Shown: one piece after another, positions 20,235-30,116 of the stretch
How the letters are laid out: each line of letters begins with the position of its first letter
How positions within the stretch are numbered: the stretch's first letter is position 1
NCBI GenBank assembly: GCA_046290225.1
Contig: JBKAGE010000035.1
Coordinates: 416,001-480,000 of the forward strand
Direction of reading: 5' to 3'
Length of the DNA: 64,000 nt
Origin: Bradymonadia bacterium
GTDB lineage: Bacteria > Myxococcota_A > Bradymonadia > UBA7976 > UBA1532
The notes under the pieces: model-generated
The model's input: the letters and a program-made list of their open reading frames with translations, nothing else
Databases searched by the model: none
What the model was told of the DNA's origin: nothing
Program-made: the position numbers and the translations under genes

Positions 20235-21041
20235 ATGAACGAGCGCAACCCCACATCCATCCCCGAGCACCAGCGCAGGCTGGTGTATTCGCTGTTGCGG
20301 CCCGTAGCCCGGCTGTGTCGGCGGTTCCACCTGCCTCTGAAGGCAGTGGAGGAGCTGTGTCGGCTGGCCTACTACGAAGAGCTCAAGCGCACCCCTGATC
20401 TCACCCAGACCGACATGGCTCGGCTGCTGGGCACATCGCTGCGCACTGTGGGCAACCTCGCCCACCAGCACCGCGGCGATTTCTTGAGCCCCGAGCAGGA
20501 GCAGGGCCTCGCCCGTGAGATCGAAGAGGCGCTGAGCCACGGCCCCCTGAGCCTCGACGGCCTGATCGCCGCCCTCACCCACGTGAGCCCGGATCAGATT
20601 CAGCGTCTGTTGCCGAGTCTCGTGGACTCTGGCCGTCTCACGGCAGAGGCCGGATCTCCAGTGACCTACCGCCTGGAACCAGCGTGGGTCTCCCTGGTCC
20701 GCGAAGACATGCAGGCCCGGATCGATGGTCTGAACCATCAGCTCGATGTCATCGCTGCGGCGGTGCGCACCCGTTTTCTGGCCATCGACGAGCGTCCCGC
20801 AGTGGCGCGGACCTTGTCTTTCGCGGGTACGCCAGAAGACATGCAGAAGCTCGGTCGGGCCATCGCCCAGCAGCTTCGAGTGCTCTGCAGCGAGGCAGAA
20901 GAAGACGCCCTCGAGGCTGGGGGCCACCAACGTTACGCGGTGACCTTCGCCCTGGCGCCCGTCGACGAGCCCCCACATTCAGCACAAGACGATGATCTCG
21001 CCCATCGGGCGCCCAAAACAGGTACGCGGAGAAAGAAATGA
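20235..21041 (+). CDS. Putative HTH regulator, DUF6502-like N-terminus
   Basis: LLRPVARLCRRFHLPLKAVEEL..., HTH TQTDMARLLGTSLRTV, second winged-helix-like segment. Confidence 0.65.
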   Translation: MNERNPTSIPEHQRRLVYSLLRPVARLCRRFHLPLKAVEELCRLAYYEELKRTPDLTQTDMARLLGTSLRTVGNLAHQHRGDFLSPEQEQGLAREIEEALSHGPLSLDGLIAALTHVSPDQIQRLLPSLVDSGRLTAEAGSPVTYRLEPAWVSLVREDMQARIDGLNHQLDVIAAAVRTRFLAIDERPAVARTLSFAGTPEDMQKLGRAIAQQLRVLCSEAEEDALEAGGHQRYAVTFALAPVDEPPHSAQDDDLAHRAPKTGTRRKK

Positions 21042-22513
21042 AGATGCGCAATTGGCTGACGCTGGCCGTGATGCTGGGCATGACCGGCTGTATCGCCGAG
21101 TCGGCGACGGACGAGGGTGGAGAGGTCGCTGTCGGCTCAGGCGGCGCGAGCGGCGAGAACACCCCGGAGATTCGCGAGACGGGTTATCTCGTGTGCATGC
21201 CCGGCGCTGCTGCGTGCATCACCGGCCTCGCCTGTGAGACCCCCAACGGGGAGATTGATTGTCTGCCGTTCGCTGAAGCGTGCGCCGAGAACCCTACCTG
21301 CGAGTGTGCGGGCGATGTGTGTCGCCAGGGTCGTGTCTGTGTCGATCAAGATGACGGCAGCATCGCTTGTGAAGGCCCCAATGAGCCAGACCCGGATCCA
21401 GGCCCTGGTCCAGATCCTGATCCGGCCCCTGGTGCGTGCGAAGCGCTCGGGGAGGCAGCCTGCGCCGACAACGCTGATTGTGTGGCCTACTACGGGTACC
21501 CCTACCCCGCAGCCTGTGACGTCGAGTCGAACCCCGAGGCTCGGACCTTCGTGGCGTGTGGAGACGCGGAGCCCAACGCCGGCGCCTGCAACCCCGCCGT
21601 GGAGTGTGCGGCTGGCCCTGAGGGTGTCTTCGGGTTCCCGGAGTGTGTGCCCCCGGGCTATGGCGCGTGTCCGCCGGTGGACATGTGCTTCGAAGAGCCC
21701 AATGCATGCACGGGCCTCGATGAGGATGCGTGTCGAGCGGCTGACGGATGCTACCCGTACATGGCGTACGTGCTCGGGCAGGAGAACACGAGCTTCGTGG
21801 CGTGTGACACCCCGCCTGAAAACGGGTGCGATGACGTGCTCACGTGTGCAGCGAGCGCCGAGACTGGCGAAGCGCGCATCTTCCCCGACTCGTGCGTCGC
21901 CCCTGGCTGGGTCGCGGATGCGGAGGCATGCAACGCGCCCTCGCCCGCCGGGTGTGAGGGCCTCGACGAGGCCAGCTGTGTGTCCAAGCCTGAGTGTGTG
22001 CCTGTCATGGGGCATGTCTGGTGTGGCCCAGAACTCGACACCTTCATCTTTTGTGGTGAGCAAATCCCTGAGGAGCAGGACAAGCCTGGCATTGGCATCT
22101 GCCCTGCCTGTGCTGTCACCGCTGGAGGCGTCTGCATTGGGGTGCCTGGGGTGGGGGTGATCCAGACGAGCGAGAATCAGGAAGATGTATATGTCTACGA
22201 TGACTATGAGATCTTCGAGTGTGAAGAGCTGCCACCCTGCAACATCGGCTGTGACGAGCTGGGCGAAGAGGCCTGTATGGCGGCAGAGGCCTGTCGCCCG
22301 GTCTATGGCGCCCCTGCTCAGGAGATTTGCATGGAGGACTTCAGCAATTGGATGAGCGTTTATGGCGGCTGCATCGATGTTGATCGGGGCTGCGGCGACG
22401 CCGAAACGTGTGGTGAGGATCCGCGCGCGCTCATGCAATCACCCCTCGTATTCCCCGACACTTGCTTGCCCCAGGGCTGGGTGCCCTGTGATCTGGAGCA
22501 GGTCTGCGAATAG
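21038..22513 (+). CDS. Cys-rich repeat lipoprotein
   Basis: Lipobox MTGC; four C.xL(G/D)E..C.....C repeats; ATGA overlap with upstream gene. Confidence 0.8.
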   Translation: MKMRNWLTLAVMLGMTGCIAESATDEGGEVAVGSGGASGENTPEIRETGYLVCMPGAAACITGLACETPNGEIDCLPFAEACAENPTCECAGDVCRQGRVCVDQDDGSIACEGPNEPDPDPGPGPDPDPAPGACEALGEAACADNADCVAYYGYPYPAACDVESNPEARTFVACGDAEPNAGACNPAVECAAGPEGVFGFPECVPPGYGACPPVDMCFEEPNACTGLDEDACRAADGCYPYMAYVLGQENTSFVACDTPPENGCDDVLTCAASAETGEARIFPDSCVAPGWVADAEACNAPSPAGCEGLDEASCVSKPECVPVMGHVWCGPELDTFIFCGEQIPEEQDKPGIGICPACAVTAGGVCIGVPGVGVIQTSENQEDVYVYDDYEIFECEELPPCNIGCDELGEEACMAAEACRPVYGAPAQEICMEDFSNWMSVYGGCIDVDRGCGDAETCGEDPRALMQSPLVFPDTCLPQGWVPCDLEQVCE

Positions 22514-22674
22514 CTGTGCAGTGGATGCCTTTTGTTGCTGTTCAAATGTTCAGATGTGGGGTATGTGAACCATGCCCCGATGAAAGACGCCGCCTGTATC
22601 TACACAACAGGTGACGATCCCCACATCATCGGGCACTCTCCGATTTCAGCATGCTCACAGCTGAGCGAGGACCG

Positions 22675-23226
22675 ATGATGAAAGACGTTACACTCTACAC
22701 GCGGGCGTACGATGGTGGTCTCAACGCAGGCCGGATCTCAGAGACGCTTCAGCAGGCCATCCTCACCACACTCAAGGCGCACTACATCTATCGTGGGGAC
22801 TTCGAAGACGCCCAGGAGACGCTCGACGATTATTTTGAGGACAGCAACATCGCCGACATGGACTACGACACCATGTCGTTCGAGGACCTCGATGATCCGG
22901 CCATCGCGTACATGATGGATCCCGAGGCGGATTTCCTCTCCTATGTCGAGATCACGCACGAAGACGGCGAGATCTTGTACGCAGTGGTGGCCAACGGGTC
23001 GAACCCAATGGGGATCGTGCTCTCGTCCTCTGGCGAGCTCGCATACCGTATCGACGACAACACGGTGAGCGAGCCCGATGACGCGGCTGAGGAAAAGCCC
23101 GCTCTCTATGCGGCGATTCACGTGGTGATTTTTCACGCAGAAGAGGGCCAGTCGGTCATCTCTCTCAAAGAGTCCCTCAAGGCTGAAGAAGAAACCGAGA
23201 GCTTGTACGAGGCGATCTTCGAGTAA
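22675..23226 (+). CDS. Acidic hypothetical protein
   Basis: Asp/Glu-rich ORF with host-like codon usage; no recognised motif. Confidence 0.7.
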   Translation: MMKDVTLYTRAYDGGLNAGRISETLQQAILTTLKAHYIYRGDFEDAQETLDDYFEDSNIADMDYDTMSFEDLDDPAIAYMMDPEADFLSYVEITHEDGEILYAVVANGSNPMGIVLSSSGELAYRIDDNTVSEPDDAAEEKPALYAAIHVVIFHAEEGQSVISLKESLKAEEETESLYEAIFE

Positions 23227-23448
23227 GAGATCGCTTCAGGGTGCCTCTCTGTCAGTGCTCGCCCCAAGGCGTGAGCGCTCGTCTCGATGCAGCTTTGCCA
23301 TCAGGCCTGCAACACCCTGCCTTTGATCCCCACTCCCCAACACAGCTTCTGTGAGACTGAGCACATTTGATCGTGTGCTTCAGCTGATGTCTGGCATGAC
23401 CAGTGCCGACATGCATGCTCAGATGCACCATGCTTTCGAGGTTCGCTC

Positions 23449-25179
23449 ATGCGACATGCCCTCTGCCTCACAATGTGTACGTTGTTCTTTGTCGGCTGCG
23501 ACGACGGCACTTCGGCAACTGAAACCTCATCCGACGCTGAAGTTGAACAGCCCGATGCTGCAGCCTCGACAGACCCCGGGACTGGTGGAGGCGGCGGTCA
23601 GGGTGGTGCTGGTGGTGAGCCTGTGGGTGGTATGCCTGAAGGCGGTGCCGGCGGTGTTGTGGCGCCTGGGGACTGCCCCATAGATGACATTGAGGCCCCT
23701 GGCCTCGTGGCCACCACCGAGGGCCATCTGCAAGGGGAGGCGTCCGGCGACACATGGCTCTATCGCGCTGTGCCCTTCGCTGCGCCTCCAGTGGACGATC
23801 TTCGATGGCGCGCCCCTGAGCCGCCGGCCTGCTATGGGGGCATTCGCGTGCAGGCTGACTATGCACCTGCCTGTCCGCAGCTCAACGCCCAGGGGACGAT
23901 GCTCGGCGATGAGGATTGCCTCTACCTCAACCTCTGGACGCCCAAGGCTGCCCTCGAAGGGGGGCGCCCCCGGCCCATCATGTTCTTCATCCATGGGGGC
24001 GGAAACGCCATCGGCAGCGCCACCGTCGGCGCAGGGAACCAGATTCTGTACGACGGTCAGGCGCTTGCTGAGGCCCACGATGCTGTCGTTGTGGTGATTC
24101 AGTATCGCCTAGGTGCCCTGGGCTATCTCACCCACCCCGCCCTCGACGCTGAAGATCCCGAGGGCCACAGCGGCAACTATGGTCAGCTCGACATCATCGC
24201 TGCCCTCGAATGGATCAACGCCAACGCTGCAGCTTTTGGTGGAGATCGAGATCGGGTGATGATCTTCGGCGAGTCTGCTGGTGCCCGGAACACCTGCATC
24301 ATGGTGAGCTCACCGCTGGCTCGGGGGCTGTTCTATGCCAGCATCATGCAGAGCGGGCCGTGTCGGGTGACCCCACGGGCGGACGTCGAAGCCGAGGGCC
24401 GCACGCAAGTGGAGAACAGCGGCTGCGCCGACGCTGAAGACATCCCATCGTGCATGCGGGCGCGCACTGCAGAGCAGCTGCTGCTCGATCGACCCCCTGT
24501 GGTGTCCGTGGGCGCTGCGAGCGATGCCATGAAGCCCTACGTCGATGGCCATGTACTCACCGATCAGCCCATCGAGGTGATCCGTCGAGGTGAGCACAAC
24601 CCCGTGATCTTCGTCTCCGGCGCCAACAGCGACGAGACCGCTCGAGACACCCCCGAGATCGCTACAGTCGCAGGGTACGAAGCGGTGGTCCGCAGCCAGT
24701 TCGGCGCCCTCGCCGATCAGGTGCTCGCGCTCTACCCCGCGGAAGACTACGAGACACCGACCCAAGCCTTCGTGCAGATCAGTACCGACGCCCGCTTCGT
24801 CTGCAACAGCCGGCAATCATTGGAGGCGGCTTCGGCCCATGGCCCGACGTTCGGCTACTTCTTCACCCAGAACCTCGAGAACTCTGCACGCCTGAGAGAC
24901 TTTGGGGCCTATCACGCCATCGAGCTGTTCTTCGTCTTCGACCAGATGACCCTCGCAGGGTATCGCCCCACGGCCGCTGAATCAGCGCTTGCGGAGATGG
25001 TCGGTGGATACTGGGCTCGGGTGGCGCGTCAGGGAGATCCGAATGACGGTGTGGCGCCGATGTGGCCTCAATACGACATCACCGAGCAGTTGCTGGTGCT
25101 CGATGGGGCCGGTGTCACCGCCGAGGCTGGTATTCGAAGCGAGAAGTGCGACTTCTGGGATACGCTGCTTGAGCAGTGA
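23449..25179 (+). CDS. Type B carboxylesterase/lipase, lipoprotein
   Basis: Lipobox FVGC, EDCLYLN, FIHGGG, FGESAG, GAYHAIE. Confidence 0.95.
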   Translation: MRHALCLTMCTLFFVGCDDGTSATETSSDAEVEQPDAAASTDPGTGGGGGQGGAGGEPVGGMPEGGAGGVVAPGDCPIDDIEAPGLVATTEGHLQGEASGDTWLYRAVPFAAPPVDDLRWRAPEPPACYGGIRVQADYAPACPQLNAQGTMLGDEDCLYLNLWTPKAALEGGRPRPIMFFIHGGGNAIGSATVGAGNQILYDGQALAEAHDAVVVVIQYRLGALGYLTHPALDAEDPEGHSGNYGQLDIIAALEWINANAAAFGGDRDRVMIFGESAGARNTCIMVSSPLARGLFYASIMQSGPCRVTPRADVEAEGRTQVENSGCADAEDIPSCMRARTAEQLLLDRPPVVSVGAASDAMKPYVDGHVLTDQPIEVIRRGEHNPVIFVSGANSDETARDTPEIATVAGYEAVVRSQFGALADQVLALYPAEDYETPTQAFVQISTDARFVCNSRQSLEAASAHGPTFGYFFTQNLENSARLRDFGAYHAIELFFVFDQMTLAGYRPTAAESALAEMVGGYWARVARQGDPNDGVAPMWPQYDITEQLLVLDGAGVTAEAGIRSEKCDFWDTLLEQ

Positions 25180-25200
25180 GCGTCGTGGAGTCCTGGCAGA

Positions 25201-25998
25201 TCAGGGCAGCTGAATCTCACCCTTCATGAAGTCCACCGCCTGCCCGGTGATGAAAGTGCGCTCCCCGGCATAGCGCACCCGCAAGTGCCCACCTCTCGCC
25301 GAGATTTGCCGAGCGATCATCTCGTGCTTGCCCAGCCTCTCGAACCAGTACGGCGCCAGAATACAGTGGGCTGATCCGGTGACAGGATCTTCGGGGATCC
25401 CGTGCAGTGGAGCGAAGAACCTCGAGACAAAGTCACAGTCCGCGAAGTCACCCCCACCAGGGCCGGTGACGATGAGTCCCCGAGTGTCGAGGGCGGCGAT
25501 CTTGCCCATATCGGGCTTCAGTTGATGTACCTCCTCGGCGGTGGCCACCACGGCCATGTCGTCCATGGAGCGCCAGACTTCGAGCGCTGAGGTGCCGATG
25601 GCTTCAGTGTACGTCTCGACTTCGCTCAAAGGCTCGATGGGCTGGGTCGGAAAGTCGAGGGTGTAGCCCTCGGCGCTCCGCGTCACCGTGAGCGGCCCGC
25701 TCAGGCTGTCGAAGACGATCGAGTCGCCCTCGACGCCGATGTGCGTGAAGATCACGTGAGAGGTGGCCAGCGTAGCGTGCCCGCAGAGCGTGACCTCCTC
25801 TGCAGGGGTGAACCACCGCAGATGAAAGCGCCCTGGCCCCAGAGGCACGAAGAAGGCGGTCTCCGAGAGGTTGTTCTCCACGGCGATGGCCTGCATGACC
25901 GGCTCGGGCAGCCAGTCCTGCAAAGGCACCACCGCTGCGGGGTTGCCGCCGAAGACATGATCAGTGAAGGCGTCGACCTGGTACTGAGTGAGGTGCAT
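25201..25998 (-). CDS. PhzF family epimerase/isomerase
   Basis: VDAFT..GGNPAAV, NLSETAF, LCGHATLA, EDPVTGSAH. Confidence 0.95.
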   Translation of the reverse strand: MHLTQYQVDAFTDHVFGGNPAAVVPLQDWLPEPVMQAIAVENNLSETAFFVPLGPGRFHLRWFTPAEEVTLCGHATLATSHVIFTHIGVEGDSIVFDSLSGPLTVTRSAEGYTLDFPTQPIEPLSEVETYTEAIGTSALEVWRSMDDMAVVATAEEVHQLKPDMGKIAALDTRGLIVTGPGGGDFADCDFVSRFFAPLHGIPEDPVTGSAHCILAPYWFERLGKHEMIARQISARGGHLRVRYAGERTFITGQAVDFMKGEIQLP

Positions 25999-26039
25999 GG
26001 GTGCGCTCCCGGGGTGAAAGTTGACCGGTCGCGTCGAGG

Positions 26040-26696
26040 TTACGCCGCCTCGGCCACGAAGGCCTGGGCCAGTTTCCGAATTTTGAACTGCCAGTTGTAG
26101 ACCACCTGCCGGTTGACCCCCATGAGCTCTGCGGCCTGCTGTACCTCACAGCCATCGATGTAGAGCAACCGGAACACCAGCTGACCCTTCGGCGGGAGCG
26201 TCTGCATGAGGTGCGCTGACAGCCGGGCGGCCATTTGTCGATCCGCAGCGCTCTTTTCGGGATCAGCATTAGGGGCAGAAAGATCGTGGGCGTCGTCGAT
26301 GTCGGTCATCTTCTGATCGCCGCCTCGTTTGATGGCTCGGGCCTTCTGCAGCCGATTCCCGATCTCGCGATCGGTCACCATGCCCACGTACCACTCCAGC
26401 GAGGCCTTGCGCGGATCGAAGTTGCGCAGCTGGGCGCCGTCCTCCCGCATGAGCACGAGCCAGACCTCTTGCACGATGTCGTGGCCATCTTCTGCGGCGG
26501 TCATGCGCCCCGACTGTCGAGCGAGGGCCCGACGCACATGGGCGCAGATGACGGGCATCAGGCGCCGAATCAGCATCTTCTGAGCAGCGCGTTTGCCTGT
26601 GAGGGCGCCGCGGATCAGATCGAAGTCGGGGTGTTCGACGCCTTCGGCAGCGAAGACGACGGCGAGGAGTGTGGGCCAGGGGATCAGGACGTTCAC
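26040..26696 (-). CDS. ECF RNA polymerase sigma factor
   Basis: Region 2 DIVQEVW...FDPRKASLEWY; region 4 LPPKGQLVFRLLYIDG..AAELMGV...VYNW. Confidence 0.9.
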   Translation of the reverse strand: MNVLIPWPTLLAVVFAAEGVEHPDFDLIRGALTGKRAAQKMLIRRLMPVICAHVRRALARQSGRMTAAEDGHDIVQEVWLVLMREDGAQLRNFDPRKASLEWYVGMVTDREIGNRLQKARAIKRGGDQKMTDIDDAHDLSAPNADPEKSAADRQMAARLSAHLMQTLPPKGQLVFRLLYIDGCEVQQAAELMGVNRQVVYNWQFKIRKLAQAFVAEAA

Positions 26697-26723
26697 GGCA
26701 ACCCGAAGGGCGGCCGTCAGTGG

Positions 26724-27578
26724 TCACGGCCGCTCGATCTCGTCAGCAGAGCGTCGATAGTCGACGAAGACGGGATACCATTGTGTGGTTCGGGCGTCCA
26801 CGCTGGCTCCATCAGTGAGCGCTGTGTCGGGCTCGCCGACGAGGGCGCTGGCGGCATCAGGATCGGTGGAGATCACGACATAGAGTACGAAGCGGCCATA
26901 GCGCTCGCCGAGCCATGGTCCGATCTCGGCGGTCAGCCTGAAGGCGCCCGAGGCCCCAGTGTCGAGGGTGTAGCCGGCGGGCGCTTTGCTCAGAGCGCCG
27001 CCCTCTTCGGCCATGAGCACAGCGAAGGTGGGGGCTTGGCCCGAGATGTCTTTCTTGGGACGCACGATGAGCTTGATTTTGCTCTCGGGCAGGTAGACAC
27101 CCCATTTGGCTTTGGGCTGATCTTCGCTGCGGATCATCGACACGGCGCCTTGGGGGGTGTCCATGCCATAGCTGGGCAGAGCGGGCAGATCTTTCCGGGA
27201 TCCGATCGTGGTCCATACGACCAGCAGCACGCCAGCAGCGAGGGCGCCGAGGGAGACCCACGTGGCCCATTGCCGCTTGGGCGCAGGCATTTGCTCGAGA
27301 GCCCACTGCTCCAGGCTGGCTTCGGTGGTGGGCGCATAGGCGAGGGCGAGACGCCGAGCTTCAGCATCCACGGCGAGCTGTCCGGCGACGGTGTCACTGG
27401 TCTCGTCGTCGAGGCGACCCCCACGGAGGGCGGCGATGGTGACGAGATCGAGCTCACTGTCCAGGGGCTCACTGCTCAGGGACTCACTGTTCAGGGGCTC
27501 GCTCGGAGGGCAGAGCTTGAGCAGATCGTCGATGGGATCAGGCTCGAGAGGGCCTTCTGGTGGCGTGGGTGTGCTCAT
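26724..27578 (-). CDS. Putative anti-sigma factor (single TM helix, extracytoplasmic domain)
   Basis: About 100-aa N-terminal domain, TM WVSLGALAAGVLLVVW, C-terminal beta-rich domain; adjacent to ECF sigma. Confidence 0.6.
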   Translation of the reverse strand: MSTPTPPEGPLEPDPIDDLLKLCPPSEPLNSESLSSEPLDSELDLVTIAALRGGRLDDETSDTVAGQLAVDAEARRLALAYAPTTEASLEQWALEQMPAPKRQWATWVSLGALAAGVLLVVWTTIGSRKDLPALPSYGMDTPQGAVSMIRSEDQPKAKWGVYLPESKIKLIVRPKKDISGQAPTFAVLMAEEGGALSKAPAGYTLDTGASGAFRLTAEIGPWLGERYGRFVLYVVISTDPDAASALVGEPDTALTDGASVDARTTQWYPVFVDYRRSADEIERP

Positions 27579-27590
27579 GTGTCGTGCATG

Positions 27591-30074
27591 TTATGGCGAC
27601 TCTGGCTTCATGCTCAGAGCCGAGTAGTTCGTCGCTGTCATGCTCGATTGAGTCATCTTCACCGACAACAGCGCACCCTTGATGTCGGGTATCAGGTGTG
27701 CGTCGAAATGAGATTCGATGTTCTCGATTTTCACCTGACCTCCAGGCACCCAGTCGCCCAGATGGCTGTAGTGAGTGAGGTCGACCTCGTGCACATCGCC
27801 ATTGATGAGCACATACAGTTTGGGATCAGTGATGATCGTCTCTTCCGGATAAGCGCGGCTGAGCCATAAGTCCAACGAGAAGCGGATGGAGTCATCTCGA
27901 TCGTTGGTGGCGACGACCCCGTTACACGCCGGGCAGAGTTCACCACCCGGTTGAGGCCCGAGGCGCCCGAGGGTCACGCGATCCCAGTCGAAGCGCCCGG
28001 CGCACACGCCATCTTCGCATGGGAGCCAGGCGTCGGGGCCCGGCGCTGACTCTGGCGGGGTGACCTCTTGCCCATCGAGACAACGGTTGTGGGCGCTGGT
28101 CATCTCATCCGACCAGTCGACGGTGATCTCCGAGGGCTCACAGCTGCGATCTTGAGTCATCTCGATGCGGCAGAGTCCCTCGATGAGCCTGCTGCATGCT
28201 TGAATGAGATCTCGGTTTGCGAAGACTTCAGGGCCTGCTGCTTCATCGAGGCATCGGAAGATCTTGGGCAAGAACCGAGCGTCGCACTCAGAGACCAGCG
28301 CCTCGGCGCGGGCAAGGGACACTTGGCGCACGGGGGTGCCATCGCCGGTCTCGCGACAGAGGCCCTCGCCGGTGATGTAGAGCAGCCGGGACATGACGTG
28401 ACCTGAAGGCAGATCGAAGGTGTCGCCTTGATCCCGGCGTACGCCGAGGTGCCCGTAGAGACGGGAGGCCGCTGCGGTGACCAGAGCCGTGGCCACCGAG
28501 GTGCCCGTGAAGACGGCGGGCAGGCGCAGCACACGCTCTCCCGTGTCGTGATCGGCTTCATCGACGCTGCACAGATCCACCCCCGTCCAGTCTTGGACGA
28601 TGTCGGGGTTGTCGGGGAGGGTGATCGAGCCCCCCGAGGTGACATAGACATGCTCGGCGGGCGCCACCAGAGGGGTCTCCTGATCAGGGATCGAGAGGCC
28701 GATGGGATCACGGGCAGCGTTGACGCCGCTGATGGGCGTAATCAGAGCCATCTCGTGGCCTCGATGATCACACGAGGGGTACTGGCCCCAGCGGGCTGGG
28801 TACAGGAGATGAGGGCCCTTGATCGATGGCGGAGGGCACGGATCACCCTCGGTGTCATCGATGCGGTTGTTGAACATGTCAGGTCGGGTGTGGGTGAGGG
28901 GTCGGTTGCCCGCTGCACCCAACACCATGATGGGCTGGCGCGCAGAGTCCATCTGCCGCGCGCCGGAGAGCATGTATCGCACCGGCTCGCCCTGGCTCGC
29001 TTCTACGGTGGAGCACTTGTTGAGGCCCTCTACCGTACGCGGGTGCTCCAGCTCGGGGGCCCACCCCAGGCTCATGTTGAGCAGCAAGGGCTTGTCCGCC
29101 GCTGGCCCCTCGCGCTCGAAGATCGCCTCGTCCAGCGCTTGAGCCAGGTGACCGCTGACCCCGCTGCCGTTGTTGTCGAAGACCCTCAGAGATCTGACCG
29201 CGGCGGAGTACTCGGTGAGAGAAGAGAGCAGGAGCGCCATGCCCAGGCCGTGCAGGTGGGGCGTCTGATCGCCGGTGTCTCCGATGTCGGCGTTGCTCTC
29301 CATGCTGCCGTTGACCCGTACGAAGTCATCGCTCAAACCTGTATCGATGAGCACTGCCGAGGTGGCCTGGCGCCAGGCGGGTTGATTGATGGCGTCCTGG
29401 TTGGGTCGAAAGCTGATCGCCTTTTTATGCCATGTGGTGAGGCGGCCCTCTGCCAGGGCTTGAGGGCCAGAGACACCCATGGCGCACCAGCGCCGGCTCA
29501 CTTTCATGTCATCGGCCAGCCGGTTGGCCGACGCGCTGGCCTCTTGGATGAGCGAGAGCACAGTGCACACATGATTTTCGTGCACCGAGAGCGGCCTCAC
29601 GTCGTGATGGGTGAGCGCGTCGGAGTGGAAAGACACCTGGTAAAAGCGCAGATGACCATCGCGCCGCCACTTCGGGATGCCTTTGTGACTGCGATTGGGC
29701 AGCACCATGTCCACGGATGCGCGGATCATCCGCCCTCGGCCGATCGCATCACATGCGTCTTCGCCACGATCTCCCGGATCGCAGAAGACGTCGCTCATCT
29801 CATTCTCTGCGAGCTGTGCGTTCAGCGCCTCGGCCAGGCGTGCTGCGAATCCGGCGTCTGGGGCTGAAGACCACAAGGGCGTGTCGACATTGAAGACGCG
29901 TGTACGCTCGGTACATGCCGCATTGGGGATGGGCTTGGTGTCACCGTGCGCAGCCAGAAGTACCCGGTCAGATCCCGGTTGAGCCTTCTTGGGGGCGCTG
30001 CAGGCTGGGGCCGCGGCGAGAAACATGGCGGCCAACACGACACCACTGCACCAGTGCTCTTGCTTCATTGTCAC
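27591..30074 (-). CDS. Subtilase (peptidase S8)-like Cys-rich lipoprotein
   Basis: VLIDTG (Asp), HLHG (His), LNMSLG, AAGN (oxyanion Asn), GTSVA (Ser); lipobox-like APAC; C-terminal PQP..CPAC. Confidence 0.82.
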   Translation of the reverse strand: MTMKQEHWCSGVVLAAMFLAAAPACSAPKKAQPGSDRVLLAAHGDTKPIPNAACTERTRVFNVDTPLWSSAPDAGFAARLAEALNAQLAENEMSDVFCDPGDRGEDACDAIGRGRMIRASVDMVLPNRSHKGIPKWRRDGHLRFYQVSFHSDALTHHDVRPLSVHENHVCTVLSLIQEASASANRLADDMKVSRRWCAMGVSGPQALAEGRLTTWHKKAISFRPNQDAINQPAWRQATSAVLIDTGLSDDFVRVNGSMESNADIGDTGDQTPHLHGLGMALLLSSLTEYSAAVRSLRVFDNNGSGVSGHLAQALDEAIFEREGPAADKPLLLNMSLGWAPELEHPRTVEGLNKCSTVEASQGEPVRYMLSGARQMDSARQPIMVLGAAGNRPLTHTRPDMFNNRIDDTEGDPCPPPSIKGPHLLYPARWGQYPSCDHRGHEMALITPISGVNAARDPIGLSIPDQETPLVAPAEHVYVTSGGSITLPDNPDIVQDWTGVDLCSVDEADHDTGERVLRLPAVFTGTSVATALVTAAASRLYGHLGVRRDQGDTFDLPSGHVMSRLLYITGEGLCRETGDGTPVRQVSLARAEALVSECDARFLPKIFRCLDEAAGPEVFANRDLIQACSRLIEGLCRIEMTQDRSCEPSEITVDWSDEMTSAHNRCLDGQEVTPPESAPGPDAWLPCEDGVCAGRFDWDRVTLGRLGPQPGGELCPACNGVVATNDRDDSIRFSLDLWLSRAYPEETIITDPKLYVLINGDVHEVDLTHYSHLGDWVPGGQVKIENIESHFDAHLIPDIKGALLSVKMTQSSMTATNYSALSMKPESP

Positions 30075-30116
30075 CTCACCTCCCGAAAAACCAAACCAGA
30101 GTATGGTGTACAGGGC

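Noticed and set aside
26235..29867. Plus-strand ORFs of 544 and 479 aa
   Set aside because: Opposite the ECF/anti-sigma/S8 genes; no recognisable motifs
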